From the IMG/VR virus record IMGVR_UViG_3300045988_098886: a stretch of 64,000 bases of DNA, one strand, 5' to 3'. The position numbers and the translations under genes are program-made. Below the pieces are notes generated by a model, which worked only from the letters and a program-made list of their open reading frames with translations, was not told the origin of the DNA and made no database searches. This document shows, piece by piece, positions 1 to 9,519 of this stretch. This stretch comes from a virus. Position 1 is the stretch's first letter. Every line of letters begins with the position of its first letter.

Positions 1-148
1 CTAAGAACTCTTTTAACAGCTCGTCTACCCTATGGTCTATAGCTGCTACACTATAAAGTTGGTCGTCGACGGTAAAAAAGTCCATGTTTTCTGTTGCGTC
101 TAGGATTCTAGCTAACAACAGTAATTCTACTTGTCTTTCTAATATCAT
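1..148 (-). CDS. hypothetical protein, N-terminal part only (ORF runs off the window start)
   Basis: My own translation: ATG at 148-146 (minus), MILERQVELLLLARILD..., open to position 1. A TATCTTTG box lies 14 nt upstream. Confidence 0.45.
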   Translation of the reverse strand, partial: MILERQVELLLLARILDATENMDFFTVDDQLYSVAAIDHRVDELLKEFL

Positions 149-162
149 TTCGAATTGGAATA

Positions 163-196
163 CAAAGATAATAAAAATAATTGACATTTCCAAACT
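163..196 (-). promoter_or_regulatory. Bacteroidota-type promoter (TTTG-N20-TATCTTTG)
   Basis: Minus strand reads GAGTTTG-N20-TATCTTTG, matching the -33 TTTG / -7 TAnnTTTG consensus. Sits just upstream of the ATG at 148. Confidence 0.55.
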
Positions 197-226
197 CAAG
201 TGAGATTTAGGCAAATTTAACCTAAA

Positions 227-427
227 TCACTTGGTTGGCCCTGTCCATGTTTTGAGGAAGGATTCGAGATTTCTTTGACACTCGGCTGGGTCTGCATAGG
301 TATATTTGCTATCCCAGCATTGATACCCACAGTTTAATGTCCAAGCCCATCCCCATAAATCGGCATCCTCATCGTACCAATAATTCATTGATACGTCATA
401 GTTTTTTCCTGCTTCTTGTATTGTCAT
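227..427 (-). CDS. hypothetical protein (66 aa, Trp/Tyr-rich)
   Basis: ORF track; abuts the helicase ORF on the same strand. Confidence 0.55.
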   Translation of the reverse strand: MTIQEAGKNYDVSMNYWYDEDADLWGWAWTLNCGYQCWDSKYTYADPAECQRNLESFLKTWTGPTK

Positions 428-428
428 A

Positions 429-1706
429 TTAATACCTAAACATAAAGGTCATTGGTTTCTTTTTTATTTCTTCAAAAGGTTCTCTCCTTAATACATGCAT
501 TAACTGTTCCTCATCCAAAGTTACATATTTCTTATTGACATGTGATTTATTAAACCATTCTTCTTCAACAGTTCCTCTTACCACAAAGGTAAATATTTCT
601 GCACGTTTATTCGGAGCAAACCTGACTACTCTTCCAGTTCTCTGTATCATTTTGGTGGGGCTAGAATCCATTCCTAAAATTATAGCTACAGATAGTCCAG
701 AAACATCCATTCCCTCATCTGCTTTTTTAACGGTATTTAATACCCCAGTATCCATTTTACTGAACTCTTCGAGAGTTATTCTGCTTTTCTTTTTTGAATC
801 TTTTCCAGTATAAACAGACCCTCGTTTTATTTTTTCTGCAATTTTAGTAGTTGCAGAAAATGTGACTATTTTACAATCCTGCCTGTAATCACAAATTAAT
901 TGAGTAAGTCTGATTTTATCTGGGTGGTTATAAATGAATTGTTTTCTTTGCTGCATAGTTCTTGCAAAACCAACAGCATGAAATGTGATATCCTTTAGAA
1001 TTTCAGACTTTATTTTCCCATCCTTTATCTTGTCTCTTTCACATATAAAGTCTCTATAAGCCATTCTATATTTATAACCCTCTTTACCAATCATTTGCAT
1101 GGCTAAAGAGAAGTTATAATCAAAGTAAGAGAAGTGTTCAGTAAACTCTCTATTATATTTCTGGTACTCAGAGATGTCTGCATCAATATACACTTTATAT
1201 TCAACATAATCAGAAACCCATCCATTCTGAAGAGCTTCTTCAAGAGAAATAGTATCAATAATTGGACAATATTTCTCAATAATTTTATGTCTTCCATCAA
1301 GTCTCTCAAGTGTTGCGGTTAGACCAAGTATCATTCGATATTTTACCTTTTCAAATACTTCGCTAAATGTATCAGCCCCCATTCTGTGAATTTCATCAAT
1401 AATGAGAATATCACAAGTCCATTCATGCTTTACGACTGTGTTGATTACCACAACCTCTGCGTTCATGAAAATTCCGTGTTTAGTAAGGTTCATAATCCAT
1501 TGCTCTTTAAGCAAATCAGTTGGGACTACAACTAATATTCTAAACTGTGGATATTTGGCCAATACACTTTTGGCACATTTGATTGCAGTATAGGTCTTAC
1601 CTACACCAGTACCATATTCTAAAGTTCCTTTACATTTATTATCAATCCATTTAATTCTTCCTTCTTCCTGCCGTTCATCCCTTGTTGGTGGTGTAAATAA
1701 GTCCAA
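429..1706 (-). CDS. SF2 helicase (DEAH/ResIII-type)
   Basis: Walker A GTGVGKT, DEIH box, LTATLER (motif III), QRTGRVVR (motif VI). Confidence 0.8.
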   Translation of the reverse strand: MDLFTPPTRDERQEEGRIKWIDNKCKGTLEYGTGVGKTYTAIKCAKSVLAKYPQFRILVVVPTDLLKEQWIMNLTKHGIFMNAEVVVINTVVKHEWTCDILIIDEIHRMGADTFSEVFEKVKYRMILGLTATLERLDGRHKIIEKYCPIIDTISLEEALQNGWVSDYVEYKVYIDADISEYQKYNREFTEHFSYFDYNFSLAMQMIGKEGYKYRMAYRDFICERDKIKDGKIKSEILKDITFHAVGFARTMQQRKQFIYNHPDKIRLTQLICDYRQDCKIVTFSATTKIAEKIKRGSVYTGKDSKKKSRITLEEFSKMDTGVLNTVKKADEGMDVSGLSVAIILGMDSSPTKMIQRTGRVVRFAPNKRAEIFTFVVRGTVEEEWFNKSHVNKKYVTLDEEQLMHVLRREPFEEIKKKPMTFMFRY

Positions 1707-1813
1707 ATTAGATAATAGATGCTAATACTACATAATTATCTACAGGAATAGTAACAAGTTTTCCCAACGAGAGGTACAAATATAATATAGCTTTAAGAAG
1801 GAAAAACTCAATT

Positions 1814-2677
1814 TTAGAGAGTATACCCATGATATTCAGCAACCTTTTCTATTTGCCCCATTCTGGTTTCCCACTGCTCGATGTGATACTTCACTTCCTC
1901 CTCAAGTAAGAACAATACTTTATCTCTCAAAGTAGTCAGTTGCTCGGTTGTTAAATCGAAATACTTCTTACTCTTCAAGTTAATCATCGCTCTTAATTGT
2001 CCATATGTCAATCCTCTCGAATTTACATATAGATTAGCAGTAGACTTTAGATTAAGACGTTCCCTCACCACTTCCAATCTATCTCTGATATTACCGTTTT
2101 CATCCTTTTCAGTCAAATCTTTCATTTCCTGTGGAGTAAACCATAATCCTTGTTTCAAGATAAAGGTAAGGGTTATATGTTGTTTATTAAATTTACCTAA
2201 TGCATCTAAGCATCCGTCCAATACTAGTTCGATAGGTATGCTTGCAAACTCTAATGGAATACCATTAGTAAGAGTGGAGATAGGATATTCTTTTAATTTA
2301 TCCTTAGTAAGTTGTTCCTTATTGGCTTCAATGACTTTACTCAAATCATTTCTATAAAGGAATCTTGGATAACGTTTTCTATCTTCTGTTTCTTTCTCAA
2401 GATAGCGAAGATAAAGCTCCGTATTACATTTGTCTCTCTGTTCTTTAATAATATCTAACAATACATATCTTCCCGGATGAGTTTTGTCAGTGTTATACAA
2501 CATGGACTTACAGTGCTGATAGAACTTTCTCAATTGTTCTTCAGTACAATCAACCAAACGATATTCCGGCTGAATTCTTTCTCCATTCACTTCTTCTCTC
2601 TCACCCTTCCATACGAAAGATTTAATATTGTTGTCTTTTGCTGCAAGCGCTTCTTCTAGTTTTTCTTTAACTGTCAT
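1814..2677 (-). CDS. hypothetical protein (287 aa)
   Basis: Long ORF, same-strand tiling; no motif recognised. Confidence 0.75.
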   Translation of the reverse strand: MTVKEKLEEALAAKDNNIKSFVWKGEREEVNGERIQPEYRLVDCTEEQLRKFYQHCKSMLYNTDKTHPGRYVLLDIIKEQRDKCNTELYLRYLEKETEDRKRYPRFLYRNDLSKVIEANKEQLTKDKLKEYPISTLTNGIPLEFASIPIELVLDGCLDALGKFNKQHITLTFILKQGLWFTPQEMKDLTEKDENGNIRDRLEVVRERLNLKSTANLYVNSRGLTYGQLRAMINLKSKKYFDLTTEQLTTLRDKVLFLLEEEVKYHIEQWETRMGQIEKVAEYHGYTL

Positions 2678-2754
2678 AACTTTTATAAACTTTTACTATC
2701 CTTAAATTTTCATCATCTATTTGTTTTAAAAGTTATCTATTGTGCTCTTAGCCG

Positions 2755-3051
2755 TTACATGTACATAACATACGGTTTCTTTTCCTCTGGTTTAGGTATA
2801 AACTTTATGAATTGTATGTTATTGTAATTATAGGGAATCATTTTACTCCCATCGAACCATGTATCAATTCCGGCTCTAATCTCTTTATACTCTAGAAAGC
2901 CTATTTCTCCCAGACGTAGTGAGCGATGTTCCCAATTCGGGAACTGCACACACATAAGATACTCTTTACTTTCTAAATCCTGAAATACATATGTAACATA
3001 TTGTTCGGGGTCTGTGTTACTCGCAACCAGTTTCGCAAGTATTGTTATCAT
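2755..3051 (-). CDS. hypothetical protein (98 aa)
   Basis: ORF track, same-strand tiling. Confidence 0.6.
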   Translation of the reverse strand: MITILAKLVASNTDPEQYVTYVFQDLESKEYLMCVQFPNWEHRSLRLGEIGFLEYKEIRAGIDTWFDGSKMIPYNYNNIQFIKFIPKPEEKKPYVMYM

Positions 3052-3436
3052 CCTCTATAATGTAGTCACGAATAAGGTCTTCCTTATCTGTTTCCGTGTC
3101 TTCATCTGTTGGAATTGCACAATACTCAATCCAGTCTTCCATGTAACTATCAAACACCTCATTGGCATATTCTACCAGTTCAGGGTCTTCATCGTCTCTA
3201 TCCCAACCGAGTTCTCCATGGGCTTCTTCTATTGCATCCGCATAAGTACCTAAGCCATTGGTACCTTCGTAAGAATCATACTCTTCACAAGCTGCTTCCC
3301 ATGCTTCATGTTCTGCATCTTCATGTGACTCAAATAGGCCAGTGTACTGATACTTTTTTCCACCAAAGCCCCCGCCGAGTCCGGCATAAATGTTGTATTC
3401 TTTCATTTTACTTCTATCAATTGTTTTTACTGCCAT
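3017..3436 (-). CDS. hypothetical acidic protein (139 aa)
   Basis: ORF track; very Asp/Glu-rich. The plus-strand overlap 3109..3438 is judged a shadow ORF. Confidence 0.6.
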   Translation of the reverse strand: MAVKTIDRSKMKEYNIYAGLGGGFGGKKYQYTGLFESHEDAEHEAWEAACEEYDSYEGTNGLGTYADAIEEAHGELGWDRDDEDPELVEYANEVFDSYMEDWIEYCAIPTDEDTETDKEDLIRDYIIEDDNNTCETGCE

Positions 3437-3897
3437 AATACGTCGTTTTCAGGAATTTCAATACCAATCTGTTTGCACTTATTATATTGAGCTTGAGAAA
3501 TTCTACCTCTATATCCCGGAGTGTTCCTCATAACACGAATCCAACCTGATGCTTCAAGTTGGTCTACTGATTTCTTAAAGTAGTAATAAGCAAGGTCGTC
3601 GTGCTGCATCCAGTCACAAGGATAGAGTTTTCCGTCTCTATCTATCCAACCATTACCGTTCCACTCTTTACCAGTAGGGTCTAAATAAGTGCCTTTATAA
3701 TCAAGCTCTTCGAAGCAATCTGCTTCTACTTCTTCTAATACATCAAAAGCACTTACTGGGCATCTTCCATAATTCCCGTTATAACATAGAACATCCTCTC
3801 CGTCATGATAATCCTCAATATCTTTATCGAGGATTTGTCTCCAGCCGGGTTGTGCGCGTTCTAACCCAACTTCTCTTATTTTTATAAACAAGCCCAT
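3427..3897 (-). CDS. hypothetical protein (156 aa)
   Basis: ORF track, same-strand tiling. Confidence 0.65.
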   Translation of the reverse strand: MGLFIKIREVGLERAQPGWRQILDKDIEDYHDGEDVLCYNGNYGRCPVSAFDVLEEVEADCFEELDYKGTYLDPTGKEWNGNGWIDRDGKLYPCDWMQHDDLAYYYFKKSVDQLEASGWIRVMRNTPGYRGRISQAQYNKCKQIGIEIPENDVLWQ

Positions 3898-3931
3898 ATC
3901 GTAATAAGCATTAAATAATATAAATATGTTT

Positions 3932-4195
3932 TCATTTCTTAAATAGCCAATATAAGAGTTTGTTTTCTTCCCAGCCCTTCCATTCGAACTCTATGAAGCT
4001 TATTGCAGTTACTAAAATAAATGCAAGAGCCACATTGAGAAATGGAATTATGCAAACAGCATAAAGTAATATCTTTACAATGTTAGGAACTTTAATCTTC
4101 TTTCCATCCCAACCATTGTAAGCATACTTATTTGCCATCTTTATCCACCAAGATATTACTATAATGGATACAATTATTGTTATTAAATATGTCAT
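3932..4195 (-). CDS. hypothetical membrane protein (87 aa)
   Basis: Hydrophobic segments YLITIIVSIIVISWWI and ILLYAVCIIPFLNVALAFILVTAI. Confidence 0.6.
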   Translation of the reverse strand: MTYLITIIVSIIVISWWIKMANKYAYNGWDGKKIKVPNIVKILLYAVCIIPFLNVALAFILVTAISFIEFEWKGWEENKLLYWLFKK

Positions 4196-4196
4196 T

Positions 4197-4400
4197 TTAT
4201 TTTTCTCTATAATCTACACAACCATACTTCGCAAAGTCACAAATCTTCTTTTCGATTCCTACAAAACAAGGATACTTAGCACATTCTTTACAAGTACGTG
4301 CAGGATATTTATATTTAACCCCGTCTTTATCCTTATCTATTGCCTGCTTTTTTGCCACTAGTCTTAGGTTTATAGTTTTCACAAAATTTAACAGCAGCAT
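4197..4400 (-). CDS. hypothetical Cys-rich protein (67 aa)
   Basis: ORF track; CKEC...C...C...C pattern. Overlaps the upstream ORF by 68 nt, so the start is uncertain. Confidence 0.45.
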   Translation of the reverse strand: MLLLNFVKTINLRLVAKKQAIDKDKDGVKYKYPARTCKECAKYPCFVGIEKKICDFAKYGCVDYREK

Positions 4401-4584
4401 CTAATGCTTCACTGTACTTCAAATATCCAGCTCTAGGCAATCCATTATTTGAATCTGCCCAATGTGCTGTTGTGACATTACCGATATATACCCCAGCAGT
4501 CCACAACCATTGACCTTTATTTTGTTGCGGAAAAATACAGATTCGGAATCCTTTTGCTTCCCATTGTTCAATTATATCAATCAT
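4333..4584 (-). CDS. hypothetical protein (83 aa)
   Basis: ORF track. Confidence 0.55.
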   Translation of the reverse strand: MIDIIEQWEAKGFRICIFPQQNKGQWLWTAGVYIGNVTTAHWADSNNGLPRAGYLKYSEALDAAVKFCENYKPKTSGKKAGNR

Positions 4585-4711
4585 CGGCCAACCATGCTAA
4601 AAATATTCCCCAAGTAAGACACATAAAACACATAGCTATTACATTACTTACTAAAGAAGATATTATGGCAGCTCCAACAATTAATCCAATCCAATACCTT
4701 ACGTCTTTCAT
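4577..4711 (-). CDS. small membrane protein (44 aa)
   Basis: My own translation: MKDVRYWIGLIVGAAIISSLVSNVIAMCFMCLTWGIFLAWLADD. ATGA overlap with the stop of 4708..5121. Confidence 0.4.
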   Translation of the reverse strand: MKDVRYWIGLIVGAAIISSLVSNVIAMCFMCLTWGIFLAWLADD

Positions 4712-5121
4712 TTTATAAATAATACTGCAAATAATCCTGCTGCAACAGTGAATCCACCTATGGATAAATTCCTAAGCTTCTTTACTCGTTTTTCCTTTTT
4801 GGCTAACTGTATGTTTAAAGAATTAATAACTTGGTCATTAATATCTGCCTGTAACATACATCTATTCAATTGGGACAGCCTTAGAGAATCCATTGCAACA
4901 AGATTCTTATTAACAGTCTCAAGACCGTTTACTTGCTGAATTAATAAATCCACTTCCTTAGAAAGCTTTCTATGCTCTAAAAAGATTAGATTAGTGTGCT
5001 TCAACTGTTGAGGAGTTATTACCACCAAAGAATCTTCCGTAACTTTCGGATAGGTAGTCTGAGAAAAACTTGACATCGTCCCCAAGAGGCTGATTAGTAA
5101 TATCAATATAATCTGCTTCAT
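4708..5121 (-). CDS. hypothetical secreted/anchored coiled-coil protein (137 aa)
   Basis: N-terminal signal-like MKQIILILLISLLGTM and C-terminal TM IGGFTVAAGLFAVLFI. Overlaps 4991..5362 out of frame. Confidence 0.55.
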   Translation of the reverse strand: MKQIILILLISLLGTMSSFSQTTYPKVTEDSLVVITPQQLKHTNLIFLEHRKLSKEVDLLIQQVNGLETVNKNLVAMDSLRLSQLNRCMLQADINDQVINSLNIQLAKKEKRVKKLRNLSIGGFTVAAGLFAVLFIK

Positions 5122-5362
5122 ATTTTTCGCGAATTTTTATTATTTTTACTTTAGTGGTATCAATAGCATTAAGTAAACTGTCATTGACTTTATTAATGTT
5201 ACTGATGTGATTGTTTAAAGAGTCGATGTCTCGCACCAACTCTTTATAATCATCACTAGGAGATGTCTGAAAGTTCTTCCTGTAGACTCTATCCATAATA
5301 GTCATAGTCCCTGCGATACAAAGCAATCCTATTAGTAAATAAAGAGCCCAGTGGTCTTTCAT
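4991..5362 (-). CDS. hypothetical N-terminally anchored coiled-coil protein (123 aa)
   Basis: N-terminal TM WALYLLIGLLCIAGTMTI followed by a helical region. Confidence 0.55.
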   Translation of the reverse strand: MKDHWALYLLIGLLCIAGTMTIMDRVYRKNFQTSPSDDYKELVRDIDSLNNHISNINKVNDSLLNAIDTTKVKIIKIREKYEADYIDITNQPLGDDVKFFSDYLSESYGRFFGGNNSSTVEAH

Positions 5363-5883
5363 TACAATTCCCCCTTTCTCTGCAATTCAGCATCGTACAT
5401 AAGGCACTCGATAAGAATTTCAAGTTCCCATTCTGGAGCAGTTAACAGATAATCGTGAACTTCCTGCATCTTCTTGCTCATTTTCCGACGCTTTTCTTCA
5501 AGTTCCAGTTCATAGAAATATCTTTCTGCATCTTTTCTGTATGCTTTGATATATTTACCCGGATTTCTTTCAAAGAATTCGGCTTCTTGTTCAAGAATAG
5601 CCTGTACTACAGTGGAATTAATTACTCCAAGAGTATCGGCGCGGAGAACAGAGAATGGATTTTCTTTAGCCTTTCTTTCTGCTTCTGCCATACCAATCCC
5701 ACGGACATATTCGTCACCGTCACGTCTTACTGCAATACCAAGACGAAGTTGTTTTACTTCGCTGTCACTTGCCTTATCGTCACCTTCTTCAATTGGGCAA
5801 CTCAATGCGCAGATTGTGTACTCACGTTTGTCACCTTTATAGTCAATAAAAGTTCCTTCAATAAATTCAGCTACTTTTTTCAT
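5362..5883 (-). CDS. hypothetical protein (173 aa)
   Basis: ORF track; the plus-strand ORFs 5455..5892 and 5546..5842 are antisense shadows. Confidence 0.7.
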   Translation of the reverse strand: MKKVAEFIEGTFIDYKGDKREYTICALSCPIEEGDDKASDSEVKQLRLGIAVRRDGDEYVRGIGMAEAERKAKENPFSVLRADTLGVINSTVVQAILEQEAEFFERNPGKYIKAYRKDAERYFYELELEEKRRKMSKKMQEVHDYLLTAPEWELEILIECLMYDAELQRKGEL

Positions 5884-5905
5884 TTTGTATAATTTTTAAT
5901 GTTCA

Positions 5906-6538
5906 TTAATCGTCATTTGGGTTTCTTCCCGGATAATCCAGATAGAAACTTAGGATAGTATCCTGTTTAGTTTGCCAGTCAGTATCTTCATTTGCCATTT
6001 CAGCAATAGTACGACTGATTGATTCCTCCTCGATTTGTTCCAGAACAAGTTTACCATGTTCATCGTCGTTACCTTTTAACCATGCTTCTGTAGCCCAATC
6101 ACCTTCTTGAATAGCTTGCTTAACAATCTTATTGATTGACTCCGTAGTTTCGATTTCTCTATCTACAGTAGCTTCAAATGGATAAGCTCTATTAGGAATG
6201 TCCACATTTATGGCTTCAATTCTTGGATACTGAAACTCGGCATCGTTATAGTTTAGATACCAAAGAATCCAGTTGTGATGATTATCTTCTTCGTCAGCTC
6301 TTAGAATGAAATATTCTTCAAGCTTAGGAAGTCCTTGACAACTAAAATAGTTGGCAAATGTTCTGTAAAGATTGTGGTTGCTCAATTCTGCACCGAGTTG
6401 TTTTACCAACATTTCAATCATTACATGGCTAAGAGTACATACTCTTCTGCTTTTGTCGATTGTTTGCTCGGTCTTTGCCATTGTAGGAGCAACGCTATCG
6501 TTTCTTACGACTGGTTTTTCGCTTTCCTTTTTCTCCAT
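5906..6538 (-). CDS. ferritin-like four-helix protein (weak call)
   Basis: LEEYFILRADEEDNHHNWILWYL fits a ferritin-like E/H diiron pattern. The start is placed at the internal MEKKESEK; the ORF is open up to 6604. Confidence 0.55.
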   Translation of the reverse strand: MEKKESEKPVVRNDSVAPTMAKTEQTIDKSRRVCTLSHVMIEMLVKQLGAELSNHNLYRTFANYFSCQGLPKLEEYFILRADEEDNHHNWILWYLNYNDAEFQYPRIEAINVDIPNRAYPFEATVDREIETTESINKIVKQAIQEGDWATEAWLKGNDDEHGKLVLEQIEEESISRTIAEMANEDTDWQTKQDTILSFYLDYPGRNPNDD

Positions 6539-6812
6539 TTTTATCGTATAATTTAAATCCATTACTCTCAATATATGACATAGGAGCACCAATCCATGCA
6601 ACACACTTCATGTATGTGCATGTCTTGGTTTTAACTGTTTCACACTCCTTAAATTTGCCAATAGGTTTTTCTGTTGAGTAGTGTTGAGAGCCTACACATT
6701 CAGCTCTATCTTTGAAGATTCTATAAAGATTTACTTCGTAGATAAAGCTGTCTGTCACTACTACTTTAACGTCCCCAGAATGGTAGACTGGTTCCGGTGT
6801 AGGTTTTGCCAT
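6495..6812 (-). CDS. hypothetical protein (105 aa)
   Basis: ORF track. Confidence 0.55.
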   Translation of the reverse strand: MAKPTPEPVYHSGDVKVVVTDSFIYEVNLYRIFKDRAECVGSQHYSTEKPIGKFKECETVKTKTCTYMKCVAWIGAPMSYIESNGFKLYDKNGEKGKRKTSRKKR

Positions 6813-7182
6813 TCCATGAATAATTTACAACATTATCTTTATATCGTGCCAAAATCTTAGGTATGTCACTCTGTCCACATTTAATAGACAAAGTATTCTT
6901 ACCACCCTTTGGCACCTTGTGTAACCTTACTATGAGCTTGTCATAGACCGGGATACTCTTCTTCTTTCCTGCCCATCTGGTAAGGAACTCGGTCTTGTCA
7001 CGAGCCCGCTCACGCTTCAGAATGAACTTTTCGGAAGGAGTCTTTGTCCACACCGAAGGGTCTCTCGGAACAAGTGGTGGAACACGTATTCCCAATGCAA
7101 CCATTTCTGCATCGTTATATACATCAACTCTTAATTCTTCGTCACTTTGTTGTACTCTCTTTGGTTTTTCAATCTTTTTCAT
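6766..7182 (-). CDS. hypothetical basic protein (138 aa)
   Basis: ORF track. Confidence 0.6.
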   Translation of the reverse strand: MKKIEKPKRVQQSDEELRVDVYNDAEMVALGIRVPPLVPRDPSVWTKTPSEKFILKRERARDKTEFLTRWAGKKKSIPVYDKLIVRLHKVPKGGKNTLSIKCGQSDIPKILARYKDNVVNYSWNGKTYTGTSLPFWGR

Positions 7183-7190
7183 GATTATAA

Positions 7191-7424
7191 TTATTTATTG
7201 ATTTGAATTAATGATATTCCACCCTTGTATCCATTACTGGCTACGATATATTCATTACCTTTGTAAGTAAAGGTATGTATAGTACCATCATTTCGTACAC
7301 CGGAACTGAATGTTCCTATACGATTAATAACAATACCATTATAACTCCCATTTGCAGTTGGAGTTCCACTGCAACCTACCATGAGAACTATTCCCAAGGT
7401 AAGTCCTAACAATATTTTTTTCAA
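7191..7424 (-). CDS. putative lipoprotein (77 aa)
   Basis: Signal peptide plus lipobox: MKKILLGLTLGIVLMVG|C. Confidence 0.65.
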   Translation of the reverse strand: MKKILLGLTLGIVLMVGCSGTPTANGSYNGIVINRIGTFSSGVRNDGTIHTFTYKGNEYIVASNGYKGGISLIQINK

Positions 7425-7687
7425 ATTTTCTTAAACAAAAATTTAAAGACCATACTATATTTACTAAGCTCATCCATTTCGTCTTTGGACATGTCACTTA
7501 TTGCTCTAAAAATCAATATTAAAAATGCTAAATTAATAAGTGGAATGAGTGTAGCAAGTACTCCAATGATAGCATGAATTAGTAAAACTTCGTCTCCTTC
7601 TCCCTTTGCTAGTTTATATGCCGTAATTAATAAGTCTGTTAACAACAGAACCGGCAGTACATAAAATATTAAAATTACAAATATCAT
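7421..7687 (-). CDS. hypothetical membrane protein (88 aa)
   Basis: Two or three hydrophobic helices. Confidence 0.6.
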   Translation of the reverse strand: MIFVILIFYVLPVLLLTDLLITAYKLAKGEGDEVLLIHAIIGVLATLIPLINLAFLILIFRAISDMSKDEMDELSKYSMVFKFLFKKI

Positions 7688-7738
7688 ACAGAACGAACTG
7701 TTTTGCAGATGTTACACTTATAGATTTTGTTCTCGTAA

Positions 7739-8293
7739 TCACATAAGGAGTGACTTGTCTGACCTTGACAGCGGGCACAGAAGAGACTCTTCACTGGAAC
7801 GTACACTTCTTTTCTTTCTGTCTTTTTCTTGGATTCTTTTTTCATATTCGTTAAATGCTTTAATTACCATACGTTTTACAGTAGGATTGTTCTTTCTTTT
7901 ATAAAAGTCATTCCACCTTCCTGTTTTATAAATCCAGTCAATGTCTTCGGAATTTATGTAACTTACTAAAATTACCTCACTTCTACAATCTGATTCGTGG
8001 TTGACTAATTCTCCACCTACCATTAAAGTAAAATGGTTACAATTAACCAAACTATTTCCACCAACGTAAGACTGCCTATTCTTAAGGGCTTTCCTTGCTT
8101 TTAGTCGATTGGTTTTACAAAATTTCTTTGAAAAAGTCCAATCTTCTATTGCAAGTTTATACTTTATTTTACGCTTATCAAGTTCACGAGCTATCAAATA
8201 AGCAAAATAACAGCAACCTCCAGAATTTATATTGAATTTTTCTTCACAAGTAGCTGCTACTGAATTTATAGTATTAATTAATTCTGCATACAT
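7739..8293 (-). CDS. hypothetical protein (184 aa)
   Basis: ORF track. Confidence 0.65.
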   Translation of the reverse strand: MYAELINTINSVAATCEEKFNINSGGCCYFAYLIARELDKRKIKYKLAIEDWTFSKKFCKTNRLKARKALKNRQSYVGGNSLVNCNHFTLMVGGELVNHESDCRSEVILVSYINSEDIDWIYKTGRWNDFYKRKNNPTVKRMVIKAFNEYEKRIQEKDRKKRSVRSSEESLLCPLSRSDKSLLM

Positions 8294-8556
8294 ATTTCTT
8301 TAATTTCCTTCTGAATCTGTTTATAGTCTTCCAAATACTCTTTTAAAGATATGGTTTCATCTCCACGTTTGGATTGTATTCTAAAGCTAATAATTCTTTT
8401 AATCACAGCTTCTAAAGGCAATCCATATCCAGCAACCTTGAATTCTTCTCTTGGCTCTCCACCTTTAGGCTTTACTATATGTAAGAGCTCAAGGTCGAAC
8501 ATAGGAGAAGAATCATTTACTGGAGTTAATCGAAAGTCTTTTTCTTCAATTATCAT
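8278..8556 (-). CDS. hypothetical protein (92 aa)
   Basis: ORF track. Confidence 0.6.
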   Translation of the reverse strand: MIIEEKDFRLTPVNDSSPMFDLELLHIVKPKGGEPREEFKVAGYGLPLEAVIKRIISFRIQSKRGDETISLKEYLEDYKQIQKEIKEICMQN

Positions 8557-8953
8557 GTATTATTTTATCAATTACTATACTTTGAGAGACATAGTTAGGT
8601 TCTCCACCCAATGATTCTCCCATGTAGTAAAGAGAACCTTTAGGGATATGACATCTAACTATTACCATCTTTTCTTCATCGGTACTTTCGTAACGCCCAT
8701 AGCTATCGAACGCATCTTCTAATTCAACAAAACTATGGAATCCTCCTCCGTCTATATGATAATAGTAATGTCCAGTGTAAAAAATTTCAAAGAAATTTCC
8801 CTCCACTGTGTAGGTTTTGTTTAGTTGATAAGGAAATTTCCTGACAGCCGAGTAGATGTTTTTCTCGTTACCAATAGCAACAATTTTGAAGCATTTAATG
8901 TCTTCCTCTGCTACTTTAGGCTTAAGAGATTTTTTTTCTGTCTCTGGGAACAA
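8546..8953 (-). CDS. hypothetical protein (135 aa)
   Basis: ORF track. Confidence 0.65.
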   Translation of the reverse strand: MFPETEKKSLKPKVAEEDIKCFKIVAIGNEKNIYSAVRKFPYQLNKTYTVEGNFFEIFYTGHYYYHIDGGGFHSFVELEDAFDSYGRYESTDEEKMVIVRCHIPKGSLYYMGESLGGEPNYVSQSIVIDKIIHDN

Positions 8954-8965
8954 ACATACACATAA

Positions 8966-9226
8966 CTATATCTCCTCTACTTTATAAATAGAATTTTTAG
9001 TGTAAACCAAATTGTCCTCTATTTTTAATACTTCAGAAGTGTGGAAATAATCGAGTATTCCTCTATCTCCACTCATTTCCAATATCCACCCTACTTTCAC
9101 TCCGAGAAGTCTTCCTTCCATAGTATAGCCTTCTTCAATACCATTTGGATGTCCGTCTTTATATCTTACGGACTCCAATTTGGTCAATTTTACTTTCTTT
9201 CCAATTAAGTCTTCTACCTTGCTCAT
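8966..9226 (-). CDS. hypothetical protein (86 aa)
   Basis: ORF track. Confidence 0.6.
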   Translation of the reverse strand: MSKVEDLIGKKVKLTKLESVRYKDGHPNGIEEGYTMEGRLLGVKVGWILEMSGDRGILDYFHTSEVLKIEDNLVYTKNSIYKVEEI

Positions 9227-9516
9227 TTATGCTTTCTTTTGTTGGCCACTGTTACAGAAGGTTCTTTCGGACTTGGCTCTGAAGAGTGCTTGTATGTAAC
9301 ATACGAAGGAATATCGTCAGTGGGCACAAAAAACATTTCCTCACAGGAAATGTTATCGCATACTCCTGAATCATTAAATACACAATCTGCACAACCGCAA
9401 GAATCATTTTCCGTGAGACTTGCGGGAATACATATCACTTCTCTCCCATTGAACTTAAAGACTTCGAGAGGAGAATAACTAATCATCAGCTCTCTATAAT
9501 GTGAAGTTGCTTCCAT
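9223..9516 (-). CDS. hypothetical Cys-rich protein (97 aa)
   Basis: ORF track. Confidence 0.6.
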   Translation of the reverse strand: MEATSHYRELMISYSPLEVFKFNGREVICIPASLTENDSCGCADCVFNDSGVCDNISCEEMFFVPTDDIPSYVTYKHSSEPSPKEPSVTVANKRKHK

Positions 9517-9519
9517 AAT

